Positions 24,779 through 37,631 of a DNA stretch of 64,000 nucleotides are shown piece by piece. The stretch is from Macrostomum hystrix (Eukaryota; Animalia; Platyhelminthes). The DNA is taken from NCBI GenBank assembly GCA_950097015.1, contig CATNEN010000025.1, forward strand, positions 2,604,001 through 2,668,000, given 5' to 3'. Made by a program: the position numbers and the translations under genes. Position 1 is the stretch's first letter, and every line of letters starts with the position of its first letter. The notes under the pieces were generated by a model, which saw nothing but the letters and a program-made list of their open reading frames with translations, made no database searches and was not told the DNA's origin.

Positions 24779-27700
24779 ATGTTGGCGAATGCCCCGCCTG
24801 CTGGAGTCCAAACGTTCGCCAAAGCTCCAGTAGCGGTGCCCTACGGCTACGATCCAGTTTTATTTAACGATCCCGCTATCCTGGAGGACCTGCTTCAGAC
24901 GCAAGGCCACTACGCTCCGCATCCATTCTACTGTCCGGATTTGCAGCCAAGCATTGAGTTTGAGATGCGCAGGACAATCGTCGAATGGTTGCGCGATGTA
25001 AGCTAATTATTTAACTGTTAATTGTTACCATTTGTTTAGTTTTACAATATTTATTGGCTTTAAGCCACCCAGCACCAAAAAGCTTTGGTACAATGGCAGG
25101 ACCTACCTGTCCTTAATTTCCGAGGAAGGGAAGAATTGTTGATCAGCGATTCAGCCTGAGGATCTGAGGAAGGGGAGGATCGCAGATCAGCCTGAGGATC
25201 TGAGGAAGGGGAGGATCGCTAATCAGCCTGAGGATCTGAGGAAGGGGAGGATCTCAGATCACCCTGAGGAAGGGGAGGACCGCAGATCAGCCTGAGGAAG
25301 GGGAGGATCGCTAATCAGCCTGAGGATCTGAGGGAGGAGAGGATCGCTAATCAGCCTGAGGATCTGAGGGAGGGGAGGATCGCAAATCAGCCTGAGGAAG
25401 GGGAGGATCGCAGATCAGCCTGAGGATCTGAGGGAGGAGAGGATCGCTAATCAGCCTGAGGATCTGAGGGAGGGGAGGATCGCAAATCAGCCTGAGGAAG
25501 GGGAGGATCGCAGATCAGCCTGAGGAAGGGGAGGATCGCTAATCAGCCTGAGGATCTGAGGGAGGGGAGGATCGCAAATCAGCCTGAGGATCTGAGGGAG
25601 GGGAGGATCGCAAATCAGCCTGAGGAAGGGGAGGATCGCAGATCAGCCTGAGGATCTGAATTCGTATTCCCGAAACATCCTCAGGTTTGTTCAGACGCCA
25701 ACTTCCTAGATGGCCTAGCCAACTCGGTGCAACTGTTGGATCGTTACCTGAGCAAATCTGTCAATCAGCACGAACCGAATGATCTGCAGTTGCTAGCCGC
25801 AGCCTGCATGTTTATCACCAGCAAGATCAAAGCGGTGGAACCAATGAGCGCAATGACTGTTGTTTATTACACTGACAACTTCATTGAACTGGGACAGCTG
25901 TTGGTGAGTCTGCTTTGAGTCCTGCTTGCCTCGTTTAATCCCAGTGACCACAGCATCGCTGAAAATATTATTTAAGATACTCGTATTACCAGTAGAACTA
26001 CCAAGGGGGATTTCCCGAATGCGGCCTGCATCATCTCCGACCTCGGTGGTCGCCGACCTTTATCTGGATGGTGCCGCTGGACCTTCAACAAGTAATAGTT
26101 GAGTTTAGGCCAATATCGAGGTTCCATAGCCAGCTGGAGGCACCCTGCTGACAGTGCTAACGGCGTCGGGGTGGTGACTGATTGGCTGACAGACTAGGCC
26201 AGGGTCCTGTGGTTGAGCTTCGTTCGATATTGAGACGTGATCAGCGAAATGGTAGAAATTTGCATCAGGGTGTCCATATTCGGCTGGTGCCACTTGTTGA
26301 AGGTCCAGCAGCTCCGTCTAGATAAAGGTGCTGTTCCACCTAAGTCGGAGATGATGCAGGCACATTCGGGTGACGTGCTGATAAAGTTTGAAGGCCTGAG
26401 GTGCAGTGTAATAGGGGTATGAAATACAAAAACTCTTATAGGAAAAGTCAGACCTTGTGCCAGAACCGTTGAATATCTCGATGGTCTGAACTTCTGAAGG
26501 ACTGGCGACTTGTTTTTTGTTACAGAAGATTCGCAAGAAAATGTTGGGCCGTGGTCTTGAGTTATGTGTGCTTGCGTTGCGCCCGTTCGGGTGCAGCAAA
26601 ATTATTGTCAGGGTGGTAGGAAATTCTCCCTTGGATAACGGGCGGCAAAATGACTTTCTAGTCCAACTGTTAACTTGGTTCAATTAAGCTCTGAACAAGT
26701 CCTCAACCGCCCTTCCCGCCTGACCTGCAGATCGCCGAGCTGCACATCGCCAAAGCGCTCGACTGGGATCTGGTCGGTGTCACAGTCTACGATTTGACAT
26801 TCTCTCTTATTCGCTTTTTGCAACGCGACCTTGTCATTGGCGAATTAGAAGCTGGCTTACTGCTCAACCAGGCCGACTGTATTCTAGTATCATTCCTACT
26901 GGGTGAGTTAAGCAGCTAGCTGGTGTTGGAACAATATTTGCTTGTGACATGCAAATAATAGACTGAGTAAACAGTTTCTGTACTCGTTACTCAATCGCTC
27001 AGATCACCAGTCGCTAAGGCACCCGGTGTCGCACCTAGCCGCGGCTTCAGTACACTATCTAGCCTGGCGCGAGCTCAACTTGCCCCAGCACGAGCTGCAC
27101 TCAATTGAGCAGCGACTGCTCAAACTCATTCACGTGGAGCCTGTGAGTTGATAACCGTTTTTTTTATTTACAACGACACTTTCCCAAGTCCCCAGATTGA
27201 TCTTGACCAGTCTCGACTTATCCTAAAGTAAAACTATCGCTCTCAAGAATCTTCAGACTAAGCTTTCACTCTCCCAGATCCTCAATTTGAGCTGTCACTC
27301 TCCCAGATCCTTAGGCTGAGCTGTCACTCTCCCAGATCCTCAGGTTGAGCTGTCCCTCTCCCATAGACCATAGCTTTAGATCGAGCTGTCTCTCTCCTAG
27401 ATCCTTAGACTGAGCTGTCACTCTCACAGATCCTCAGATTGAGCTGTCACTCTTCCAGATCCTCAGATTGAGCTGTCACTCTCCCAGATCCTCAGATCGA
27501 GCTGTCACTCTCCCATATCCTCAGATCGAGCTGTCACTCTCCCAGATCCTCAGATCGAGCTGTCACTCTCCCAGATCCTCAGATCGAGCTGTCACTCTCC
27601 CAGATCCTCAGACCGAGCTACAATTCTTACAGATTCTCTGATAAATCTCAGGTTGAGCTGTCACTCTCTCAGATCCTCAGATCGAGCTGTCACTCCCAGA

Positions 27701-28460
27701 TCCTCAGTTTGAGCTGTCACTCTCCCAGATCCTCAGATTAGGCTTTCACTCTTCCAGATCCTCAGATCGAGCTGTCACTCTCCCAGATCCTCAGATTGAG
27801 CTGTCACTCTCCCAGATCCTCAGATTGAGCTGTCACTCTCCCAGATCCTTAGACGGAGCTGTCACTCTCCCAGATCCTCAGATCGAGCTGTCACTCTCCC
27901 AGATCCTCAGATCGAGCTGTCACTCTCCCAGATCCTCAGATTGAGCTGTCACTCTCCCAGATCCTCAGATTGAGCTGTCACTCTCCCAGATCCTTAGACG
28001 GAGCTGTCACTCTCCCAGATCCTCAGATCGAGCTGTCACTCCCAGATCCTCAGATTGAGCTGTCACTCTCCCAGATCCTCAGATTGAGCTGTCACTCTCC
28101 CAGATCCTTAGACGGAGCTGTCACTCTCCCAGATCCTCAGATCGAGCTGTCACTCCCAGATCCTCAGATCGAGCTGTCCCTCTCCTGAGCTGTCGAGCTA
28201 CAATTCTTACAGATTCTCTGATAAATCTCAGGTTGAGCTATAGTTCCCCAGATCCAGTAATACTCTGTCATTTCGTCAATCTTCCCAATCGTCGTTTCTA
28301 ACTAAGATGATCCCAGATCCCCATTCTGATACCATGCTCTAATGTGCTGCAACCTTCGTTCGTGAATTCGCAGAACTCTCAGTCGTGGCTCCGCAGCCGT
28401 ACATTCGCTCGCTGCTGCATCGAGCAGTATCTGGCAGAACAGCCACCAAGGGCTGAGTAA
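24779..28460 (+). CDS. CycD: D-type cyclin; join(24779..24997,25685..25903,26731..26902,27003..27142,28374..28460), about 278 aa
   Basis: DPVLFNDPAILEDLL..QPSIEFEMRRTIVEWLRDVC..QLLDRYLS..LQLLAAACMFITSKIK..YYTDN..LDWDL matches the cyclin D cyclin box. GT-AG introns have phases 0,0,1,0. The last exon (acceptor 28374 or 28383) is less certain. Confidence 0.88.
25140..25658. repeat. Minisatellite with 27/36-bp variants (gatcagcctgaggatctgaggaaggggaggatcgc) in cyclin intron 1
   Basis: Visible tandem units. Confidence 0.9.
27255..28240. repeat. 29-bp minisatellite (gagctgtcactctcccagatcctcagatc) in cyclin intron 4
   Basis: Visible tandem units. Confidence 0.92.
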
Positions 28461-29498
28461 CGCAGGCTGTGGCTATAAAATGGCTTTTTAAAAGAGGGCC
28501 AACTAAACAAATCTTCAGGCTTATTTTGCTGCTGCAGCTGTTGTTCTCGCTTTTTAATTTCAAGCATGCCTAAATTGATTTTAAATAAATCAGAACTGAT
28601 TATGATTCATTGCTTGTTAAAAACAGTTTAAAGACCTCTTTACTGTCTGAAACGCCTCATCCTATAATCCATAGGTAAGTGGGTTTTTAATTTCGGTTAA
28701 AGTACCTAATCAGTCTGGTACATTGTTGTTGTATGCGGTGTAAGAACATTTTAAATGTGTTTTATCTTTTTGTCCAACCAGCTTTCCGCTTCTGCGCTTT
28801 TCGTTGGTCTTTGTCCGCTTTAAAAATACGTGTTTCTAAGCCGAAATCTTTGTCGTTTGTGTCGTCTTGTTAGATTTCTTTTGTTGTTAATCTTGCTGCT
28901 GATGTTGCTGCTATTCTAATTCAAACCAATGAATTCACGGCCAAAATAATTTTGTGACCTTTTTCTTGCGGTGTTTTTTCGGAGAAACCACAGTTAAAAG
29001 CTACTGCAAGTAGAGCAGGGATGTGGTTGTTATTTTTTCTTTAAAGTCTATCTACCATTTTGTTGTGCTTTCTATAATAAATAGCTTGTATCTAGGCACA
29101 GAGCACTTACCATCTTCTGTTTGCACCTGTTACAAATATCCTCGATCGTATTGGCCTATTTAATCCCATTTTCTGTTATTTCTCACACCTCATTTAATTT
29201 GAATAATTTCTCCATCGCTTTTTAACTGTTTTAAGAAAGAAACCAGTGGTTTATAAATGTTAGATAATTTTACTCATAGGTGCATTTTCAGCCTCCTCTG
29301 GTATTGTCGAGATAATTAACCCGCGTCTAAAATATATTTTGTTGTATGTTACTATGCGCTAATAGGTGCGAGTTTTCAACTCCCGATGGCTTTCAAAAAA
29401 CTTGAATTGCTTTCATTCAGTAATTAAAAGGCGTCAGATTTAAGTTTCAAACGAATATTATTAGACTGCCAATAATGTTGTAAACTTTTAGCTAATAA

Positions 29499-29718
29499 GA
29501 TCAGATAACTCTTGAGCTCCAGCAGAGACTAGATTTGATAGCAAATCACAGATCAGATAGCTCTTGAGCTCCAGCAGAGACTAGATTTGATAGCCAATCA
29601 CAGATCAGATAGCTCTTGAGCTCCAGCAGAGACTAGATTTGATAGCCAATCACAGATCAGATAGCTCTTGAGCTCCAGCAGAGACTAGATTTGATAGCCA
29701 ATCACAGATCAGATAGCT
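29499..29718. repeat. 52-bp tandem repeat, about 4 copies
   Basis: agatcagatagctcttgagctccagcagagactagatttgatagccaatcac recurs at a 52-bp period. Confidence 0.92.
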
Positions 29719-30284
29719 TGCGAGCTCTTGTCTTGTGGCTATTTATAGTAACGCTTTTGAGAATTCCCCTCAATATCATCGACCCATACAAGCACATGAC
29801 TAATACGCTCGTAACTCTATAAAAATCAATAAAATTTTAACAAATGTCAAGTCTTTTATTAGCCAGTGAATGGCCTGACGCAAACTTTAGTGAAAAAATT
29901 AAACGGAAAGGAGGGAATTGCACTTCATTACTAATAGTTTGACGGATCCAGCCAGTTCATGCTGTACAAAAAATTGTGCATATCGAGGCCACAATTTTTA
30001 ACGAAGACAGCCTAATGTAACTTCGGGCACAGTTATGCAAAATCGAAACTGCAGTTGGAAGTAATGAAAAAAGAAACAAAAACTTATAGCCTCTCGAACT
30101 CAAGACAAAAATTAGTCCTACTAATTAGTGAGCAAACGATATGCTGACAGTTTAGCAGTTAAATATATGCCGAATAAATGTCATATATAAGGTGTAAGCA
30201 CACCAAATCTATACAAACCAGTTATATTTACAGTAAGCTTTTTAACTTTAAGGTAAGATAATATCTTGCAAAAATGTAAGATTT

Positions 30285-31025
30285 TTCCAGAAAATGATCT
30301 TCTGGGTTTCGGAAAATGATCTTCTCACTTTCGGAATATGATCTTCTGGGTTTCGGAAAATGATCTTCTGGGTTTCGGAAAATGATCTTCTGGGTTTCGG
30401 AAAATGATCTTCTGGGTTTCGGAAAATGATCTTCTCAGTTTCGGAAAATGATCTTCTGGGTTTCGGAAAATGATCTTCTGGGTTTCGGAAAATGATCTTC
30501 TGGGTTTCGGAAAATGATCTTTTGGATTTCGGAAAATGATCTTCTGGGTTTCGGAAAATGATCTTCTGGGTTTCGGAAAATGATCTTTTGGATTTCGGAA
30601 AATGATCTTCTGGGTTTCGGAAAATGATCTTCTGGGTTTCGGAAAATGATCTTCTGGGTTTCGGAAAATGATCTTCTGGATTTCGGAAAATGATCTTCTG
30701 GATTTCGGAAAATGATCTTCTGGGTTTCGGAAAATGATCTTCTTGATTTCGGAAAATGATCTTCTGGATTTCGGAAAATGATCTTCTGGGTTTCGGAAAA
30801 TGATCTTTTGGATTTCGGAAAATGATCTTCTTGATTTCGGAAAATGATCTTTTGGATTTCGGAAAATGATCTTCTGGATTTCGGAAAATGATCTTCTGGG
30901 TTTCGGAAAATGATCTTCTGGGTTTCGGAAAATGATCTTCTTGATTTCGGAAAATGATCTTCTGGGTTTCGGAAAATGATCTTCTGGGTTTCGGAAAATG
31001 ATCTTTTGGGTTTCCGAAAATGATA
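30285..31025. repeat. 22-bp minisatellite (tttcggaaaatgatcttctggg)
   Basis: Visible tandem units. Confidence 0.95.
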
Positions 31026-31794
31026 TTGTGTGATTCTGAGTTTCAGGAAAAAACTGAGGGTCTACAATCACGAGTAAAATTTAAACCATGTAGGCAATAT
31101 TGATCATAACTTCAGAGAACCGAAATTTCATACAAACGTACTTAATTAAAAAGTCTAAAAATCTAAAAGCTAATTAATTTACGAAAAAATGCTTCAACGC
31201 AAAATGAAACTTTTCTATACAGCTGACACTGCCTCTGTTTTGAATTTAAGAACATGGAGATTCCTAATTTTAGGACAAAAACAGTTATACAAAAAGATGC
31301 CAAAAAGAATTAGTAGAACAGTTGTACGATTCTCAAAAATTTGAAAACCAATCTTGCTGTGGAATGTGGAAATGTCGCCGCATTTTTCGAGAGAATAAAC
31401 TTTCGCTAAAATGAAAATATTCTAATAAGTAATCTGATTTCTTTGGCCATGAGAGTGATATTTCAAATCAGACATAACTTCAAGGACACACGAGTGAATG
31501 CTTTAAAACAATGGTCTTTCTTTCTATAAAAGTTACTCTAAAGCAGCAGTCTTAAAAGTCAGTTGAAAATTGCTCATAAGAGATTAATTCGGTCTGCCAG
31601 GTCTGAGGTCTGGCGGCCCAGAATTGTCGGGCGAAAGGTTGTCAGGCGCTGACTAGTAAAATTCTAGAATATAAAATTCAGTAACAGGGGTAAAAATTAA
31701 CTAGTAGGTTATTAATAATATCCCAACTACTCGTTGATCTGCTGAATAGTCAAATGCTAATTTAAAAAAACTGAAGTCCTGATGTAAAATGCCC

Positions 31795-32430
31795 CACATC
31801 CCCAATCAAAACTTCCAAATCCCAATCCTAAACACCAAAATCTCAATCATAAGCAATCAAATCCCAATCTGAACTCCCAAATCCCACCAAATACCCGAAT
31901 CCTAATCATATAGAAAAAACTAAAATCCCAATCCTATACACCCAAATCCCAATCAGAAACACTAAAATCCTAATCCTATACAATAAAATCCCAATCCTAT
32001 ACACCAAAATCCCAGTTTATACACTAAATCCCAATCCTAAACACCAAAATCTCTAAATATAAACGATGAAATCCCAATCTGAACTCCCAAATCCCACCAA
32101 ATACCCGAATCCCAATCATATAAAAAACTAAAATCTTAATCTAAAAAACACTAAAATCCCAATCCTAAACACCCAAATCCCAATCAAAAACACTAAAATC
32201 CCAATCAAAAACACTAAAATCCCAATCCTAAACACCCAAATCCCAATCAAAAACACTAAAATCCCAATCAAAAACGCTAAAATCCCAATCCTATACACTA
32301 AAATCCCTATCCTATACACTCAAATTCCAATCCTATACACTCAAATCCCTTTCATAAACACTAAAATCCCAATCAAATACATCCAAATTCCAATTCAACA
32401 CCCAAATCCTAATATAAAACACTTGAATCC
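31795..32430. repeat. Degenerate minisatellite, about 21 bp (aaaatcccaatcctaaacact)
   Basis: Visible units just beyond the ASPP stop codon. Confidence 0.85.
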
Positions 32431-32515
32431 CGTTTTGAACATATGTAGTAAGATATACATCCCAAAATATCCCAACTAGGTTAGAAAGAAATTCCCACGA
32501 ACCTTCGCAAAATTT

Positions 32516-34976
32516 CTAGCCGTGAATCTTATACAGGCTAACAAAATTCCTCGCCACGTAGCCCTCGCCACCGGAGTCGACCTCGCCCTCTCGCCGGCAC
32601 CACCACCAGGCGGTCTCGGCGCCGTCGCCCTTGCGTAGCACTTTCAGCTGATCGCCGCGCCCGAACGCCAGTTCGTCCGGCTGCTCGGGCGAATAGTCGA
32701 AAACGGCGAACACCCGGCCGCCGTTGTCAACGCCCAGACGGGCCTCCTCGGCGCGCAGCCAGGATTCGACTGGGCCTCCGCTGTGGCAGAGATCGAAGGG
32801 CGTCTCGGACTCGGAATGAGTGGTGCAGTGCAGCACGGCGCCGGAGCTGACGAGCAGTTTAGTCAGCGGCAGGGAGTCGCAGGACACGGCGCAGTGGAGC
32901 GGCGTCCAGCCGTCCTGATCGGCGGCGTTGACGTCGGCGCCACTGTCGATGAGGAATTGGACGATGCGCGAGTGGCCAGCGCACACTGCGTTGTGCAGGG
33001 CGGTGATGCCCTCGGTGCTGGCAGCGGACGGCTCACCCAGCTGGGCTGTGTAGCGTTCGACTTGCGGCAGGTCACCTGAGGCAGATTAATTAAAAATATG
33101 CAACAGAACTTTTAACTCACTACTTATAAGAGTACACAGTAGTGCGTCACGCAGACAGAGCAAAAATTACGGTAATTTGGCAAAAATATTAGAGTAAGTA
33201 CAAACCAGTTTTAACCACCTAACAATCATCTGCCAATCAATCATGTTAAGATCAAAGGAAGCCGCCTACAATAATTGATACAGGTATAAGTACAAATATG
33301 GGGTGAGTGGCCGGTCTAACGCGTTTGCAACTCGCACTAAGGTCTCCCTGAGCTCGATTCCGCGGCGAGGCCACATTTATTTGGGGCGCAGCCGCGGAGA
33401 GAAGGCTTGGGGGCTTGTCGCGCAATTTACGCCCTTCAGGGCCAACCTCTAAGGCACAATGAGAGTGTACACTGCTTGACTATGAGAAAGTCATGGCAGA
33501 TGTACACAAATGTGTGAGTGTGTGCTCAGGAGTCAGCGAAATGGGCTGAAATGCCTCCTCGCTGGCTGCGGGTCTAGTGTCACCAAATGGTGTGCCATTG
33601 CCCGCAGCCCTCCTGCAATTATAATTATTATTAGTAGTACACATCAAGCATATTCAGTAACTGGGTGTAGGCTGTGCCGATTGACACATCAATCATATTA
33701 AAAGCATTCGCATTGTTTTTTACGAGCTAGATCGCATTCTTTCCATGCGACAATAAAGGGTCACTGAGTGACAACCTTGACAACCTGGACAGCCGCCTGT
33801 CAGACTCATCAAGACACTCATCAAAAGAAGAGAATCTTCTTTTACGCCAGGCGTTCTATCCTGACGTCCCAGACAGTGATTAGGAAGTGTTGAGTAAATC
33901 CTAGGTACAAAAATATACCAAGATTAACGAATTTGTCCAATAAAGACGCGCTTAGCTTTCTACTTGTAAGTAGTCAGTGTGAACTTTCAAGCATGTTACT
34001 GTCTTTCTTATTGTCTGGCGGTGTGCACTCTTACTGTGGGTTGGCCCCATCATTGGCGTAAATTGCACTACAAGCCCCCAAGCCTTCTCTCCGCGGCTGT
34101 GCCCCAAATAAATGTGGCCTCGCCGCGGAATCGAGCTCAGGTGCCTTGCCGCTGCGATTCTTCCAACCCCCTTCAAGGATGGAGATTTCAGAGTTTGCCA
34201 TCAATAGCCACAGACCAGTGGCAGCACACAGCAGGGAGAATTGTAAACATTTGCAAACCATTGAAGTCCTTGCAAGGCCTGCAAGTTTCAAGTGTCTTCC
34301 CAGATTCCCAGATCCCAAATCCCCAGGCCAAACGCAAAGCGAAATGACTGATTGGTTTCTAAAACCCATCGCACGCTCCCGCGCTCTCCGCTGATTTCTA
34401 AACCCGAAACGCGACAGAAATCCCCATCAGATGAAGATAATAAAAACACGCGGCCGACATTTCCGCCAGGGGGTGACAGTCCGGATAAAGGACTGAGTGG
34501 AGTTAAAAGTGCATATGAAATGCTGCAGTAACTGTGCAAGAAATTAATAAAAAAAATTAAAGAAGCCCTTACGCAATACACTTCACTCTGCATTGCTTCA
34601 GTTCACCCAGCTGTTAAATGGGTACCAGCATCAGCTGGGGTGATTGAGGGTGGGTGTGGCGTCCCCCCAGTCCATGGACTGAACAGGCGTACGCAGCCTT
34701 CAGATACACCACGCAACAGCTGTGGCTGTGCTGTCGGCTGCACATCAGGCCCAATTGGGGCAGGTGTAATGAGTTATTATTATTACACATATAAGAATCT
34801 ACCCACAAGAATCCACGAATCTACCCACAAAACAGCAACAAATAATCTCACAAAAAGTGACAAATCTACAGTCACTCACAAATGACTAGCTTAAAGAGCA
34901 ATTGATACCCTCAATTTCTTACCCTCAATAGCGGCATCCAGAAGCAAAGTTAACGGATCAAAGGTGACCTTTGATC

Positions 34977-35012
<36 letters not shown>

Positions 35013-37631
35013 CTGTCTCGCCTTCCTTGCCTGGCTGGCCAGAGGCTGCAGCACCGGCAGCCGCCCTCTTGGCGAGCTTCTTCTTTTCGTTGCTTAGAAT
35101 TCCTGGAACAGAGAGAGCGGCGGCGGCGGCGGTGGCGGTGGTGGCGGCCGACCCTCCGAAGCCTCCCCGCTCGTCGTCGAAGTCGGATAGACTCAAATCG
35201 TCGTCGTCCAAGTTGGCGATCGGCGCTCGCCAGCCAGTTGTCGGCGCTCCGGGCGGATCGTCGCGACCTCCGCCGCTTCTAGAATGCAAAGCGGATGTCA
35301 GCGGCTCCTCCGTCAGGCAGGCCGGATCCTCTTCGCCAGACGAGTCAGTCTCCGAGGCAGCTGACGGTGCGACGGTCGATAAAACCGCCACCGCTGCAGC
35401 CGTAACGGACGCCACCGCTGCTGCAGACGTAACGGACGCCGCCACCGCGGCAGCGGCATCCGCTTTAGCCTCGGCAGCTTCTGCCTGATCGGCGGGGTCT
35501 TGAATAACCAGAGAGTCGCGCTGGTGCGGCGGAGCCGTAATTTCGCGCCGAATCAAATCGTCCAATCGATCTCGAGACAGAAGTAGCTCAGTAGAGTTGA
35601 CTGACGATGCTGCTGAAGCAGCCGACGGAGCTGACGCTGCCGCTGCCGCCGCTGAAGCAGCCGGTAGGGCATGTCGACGATGCGACGGTGGCGGCGACGG
35701 CGGCGCCTGAGGCGGAGGTCTCCGTCGCTGCTGCAACGGCGCAGGCGGAGGCTGCGGAGGCTGCTGCTGATGCTGCTGTGGGGGCTGCTGCGGAGGTTGC
35801 TGGGGCTGCTGCTGCGGCGTCAGTGGCAGGGAAGGCAGCGGACGGGAGTTCTGGCGCTGATGCTGCTGCTGTAGAGGAGTCTGTGATGCGTTTGAAGCGA
35901 TAGCAGCCGCTTGCCTATAATGTTGGGGCGCAAATTTAGTAGATCTCTTGCGAGTGCTTGCTGAATATTGTGCTAGTGGCTGGCTGCCCAACAGGGTTAG
36001 GTGTCATTTCTATCATATCTGCTAAAGGAGGTGAGTGGCAGTGTGGTAAAGCGTTAAAGTATCGCACCAAAGCGTCCACGAGCTCGATTCCGCGGCGAGG
36101 CCACATTTATTTGGGGCGCAGCCGCGGAGAGGAGGCTTGGGGGCTTGTCGTACAATTTACGCTAATGAGGGCGAAACCACTAAGGCTCAGTGAGTGCAGA
36201 TGTGCACACCTGTGTGTGTGCCCTCGAATATATATATATAGTTATTATAATAATTATATATAGTCGTGTTTAGCATGGTGTATCTGTGTACAGGGTTGAG
36301 TGAATCGGTTCTGGAAGATAATCTTGGTAAATGATAGGACTTTTTTAATGATTTATTTGATGCCCATCACAGCACCAGGTAGTGCACTGTCCATTAATCT
36401 TCATTGGAGCGCAGAACAGATGGCTGGGGACTGCGCCTGATAAGACTTGGCTGAACTTTTCACAAACATTCGATCCATGTTGGGAAGAAAATATCATCGA
36501 TTATCACTTGGAGGTGGCGGACTGGGAAATCTAATCCGATGTTTGGGCAATTTTTTTCAAGTACCCACTAATCGACTTTGGCAGGTGCATAAAAAAGGCA
36601 GGTGGATTAACTTCCAGTTCAGAGAGACCACAGAAAAGCGTGACCTTTAACGAACAGTGCAGCCCAAAAACGCTAAAGAACGAAAAAAAAACGTTTTTTT
36701 TGAAGAAACTAATTAAAACACAAAAATAATAGGCGGATAAAAACGTTCAAAAGTAACTAGTTTCTAAAGTAACGAGTTTCTAAAGTAACGAGTTTCTAAA
36801 GTAACGAGTTTCTAAAGTAACGAGTTTCTAAAGTAACGAGTTTCTAAAGTAACGAGTTTCTAAAGTAACAAGTTTCTAAAGTAACGAGTTTCTAAAGTAG
36901 CGAGTTTCTAAAGTAACGAGTTTTTAAAGTAACGAGTTTCTAAAGTAACTAGTTTCTAAAGTAACAAGTTTCTAAAGTAACGAGTTTCTAAAGTAGCGAG
37001 TTTTTAAAGTAACGAGTTTTTAAGGTAACTAGTTTCTAAAGTAACAAGTTTCTAAAGTAACGAGTTTCTAAAGTAGCTAGTTTCTAAAGTAACGAGTTTC
37101 TAAAGTAACGATTTTCTAAAGTAACGAGTTTCTTAAGTAAAGTAAAGACAGTTTGAAACAGTTCAAGATTATATTTTTCACTGATTAATAGCTTAGTTAC
37201 CGGTGCATGGCATCCAGCTTGGCGGCTAACGCGGCGATTTCGTCCTGCCTGGTCTGGAATTCCGCCCTCGCCTTGGCCAGATCCTTGCCCAGCTGAGCGT
37301 TCGCGTGCCGATAGTGAGCCAACTGCTGCCGCATGCTGCGCTGACGCCTCAGCCGTTCAGCCTGGGCGTCCACGCTCGCAGCCAACTGTTGAAGGTGTCG
37401 ACGTCTTTGGCGCGGATCGCCGGCGCCGCCAAGTGCGGCAGCAGCGGCTGCGGCTGCCCAGCCAGCCAGTTCTGTCATCTGGGCCTCGCGCTGGCGCAAA
37501 GTGCGCAGCTGCTCATCTATGTGAGACTGCTGGCGCGCGGCAATGTCTCGCAGCTCAGCTATGCTCAACTGCTGCTCAAGCTGCTGCTGCTGCTGCTGCT
37601 GTTGCTGATAGTTCTGATAGCCGCTGCTCAT
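32516..37631 (-). CDS. ASPP: ASPP family protein (coiled coil, Pro-rich, ankyrin repeats, SH3); complement(join(32516..33075,34923..35914,37201..37631)), about 660 aa
   Basis: N-terminal LSIAELRDIAARQQSHI coiled coil; KVTFDPLTLLLDAAIEG with an RVxF-type PP1 motif; EGITALHNAVCAGH, AADQDGWTPLHCA; SH3 FAVFDY..DELAF..WWW..EGYVARN. GT-AG introns have phases 2 and 1. Further 5' exons are possible (acceptor 2 nt before the ATG). Confidence 0.93.
33301..33633 (+). mobile_element. tRNA-derived SINE family 1 copy (near full length), ASPP intron 2
   Basis: A-box-like GAGTGGCCGGTCTAACGCG, B-box-like GAGCTCGATTCC, shared body and a TTA-rich tail. Confidence 0.8.
33975..34147 (-). mobile_element. SINE family 1 partial copy, ASPP intron 2
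   Basis: 34056-34138 is the reverse complement of 36080-36162 with 4 mismatches in 83 nt. Confidence 0.75.
34620..34785 (+). mobile_element. Second SINE-like family partial copy
   Basis: ggtaccagcatcagct..gggtgggtgtggcgtcccccag..tgaacag aligns by eye to the 23400-23525 copy; TTA tail at about 34773-34784. Confidence 0.45.
36027..36260 (+). mobile_element. SINE family 1 copy, ASPP intron 1
   Basis: A box TGGCAGTGTGG, B box GAGCTCGATTCC, shared body; 3' part deleted. Confidence 0.75.
36755..37138. repeat. 16-bp minisatellite (gagtttctaaagtaac) in ASPP intron 1
   Basis: Visible tandem units. Confidence 0.93.
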
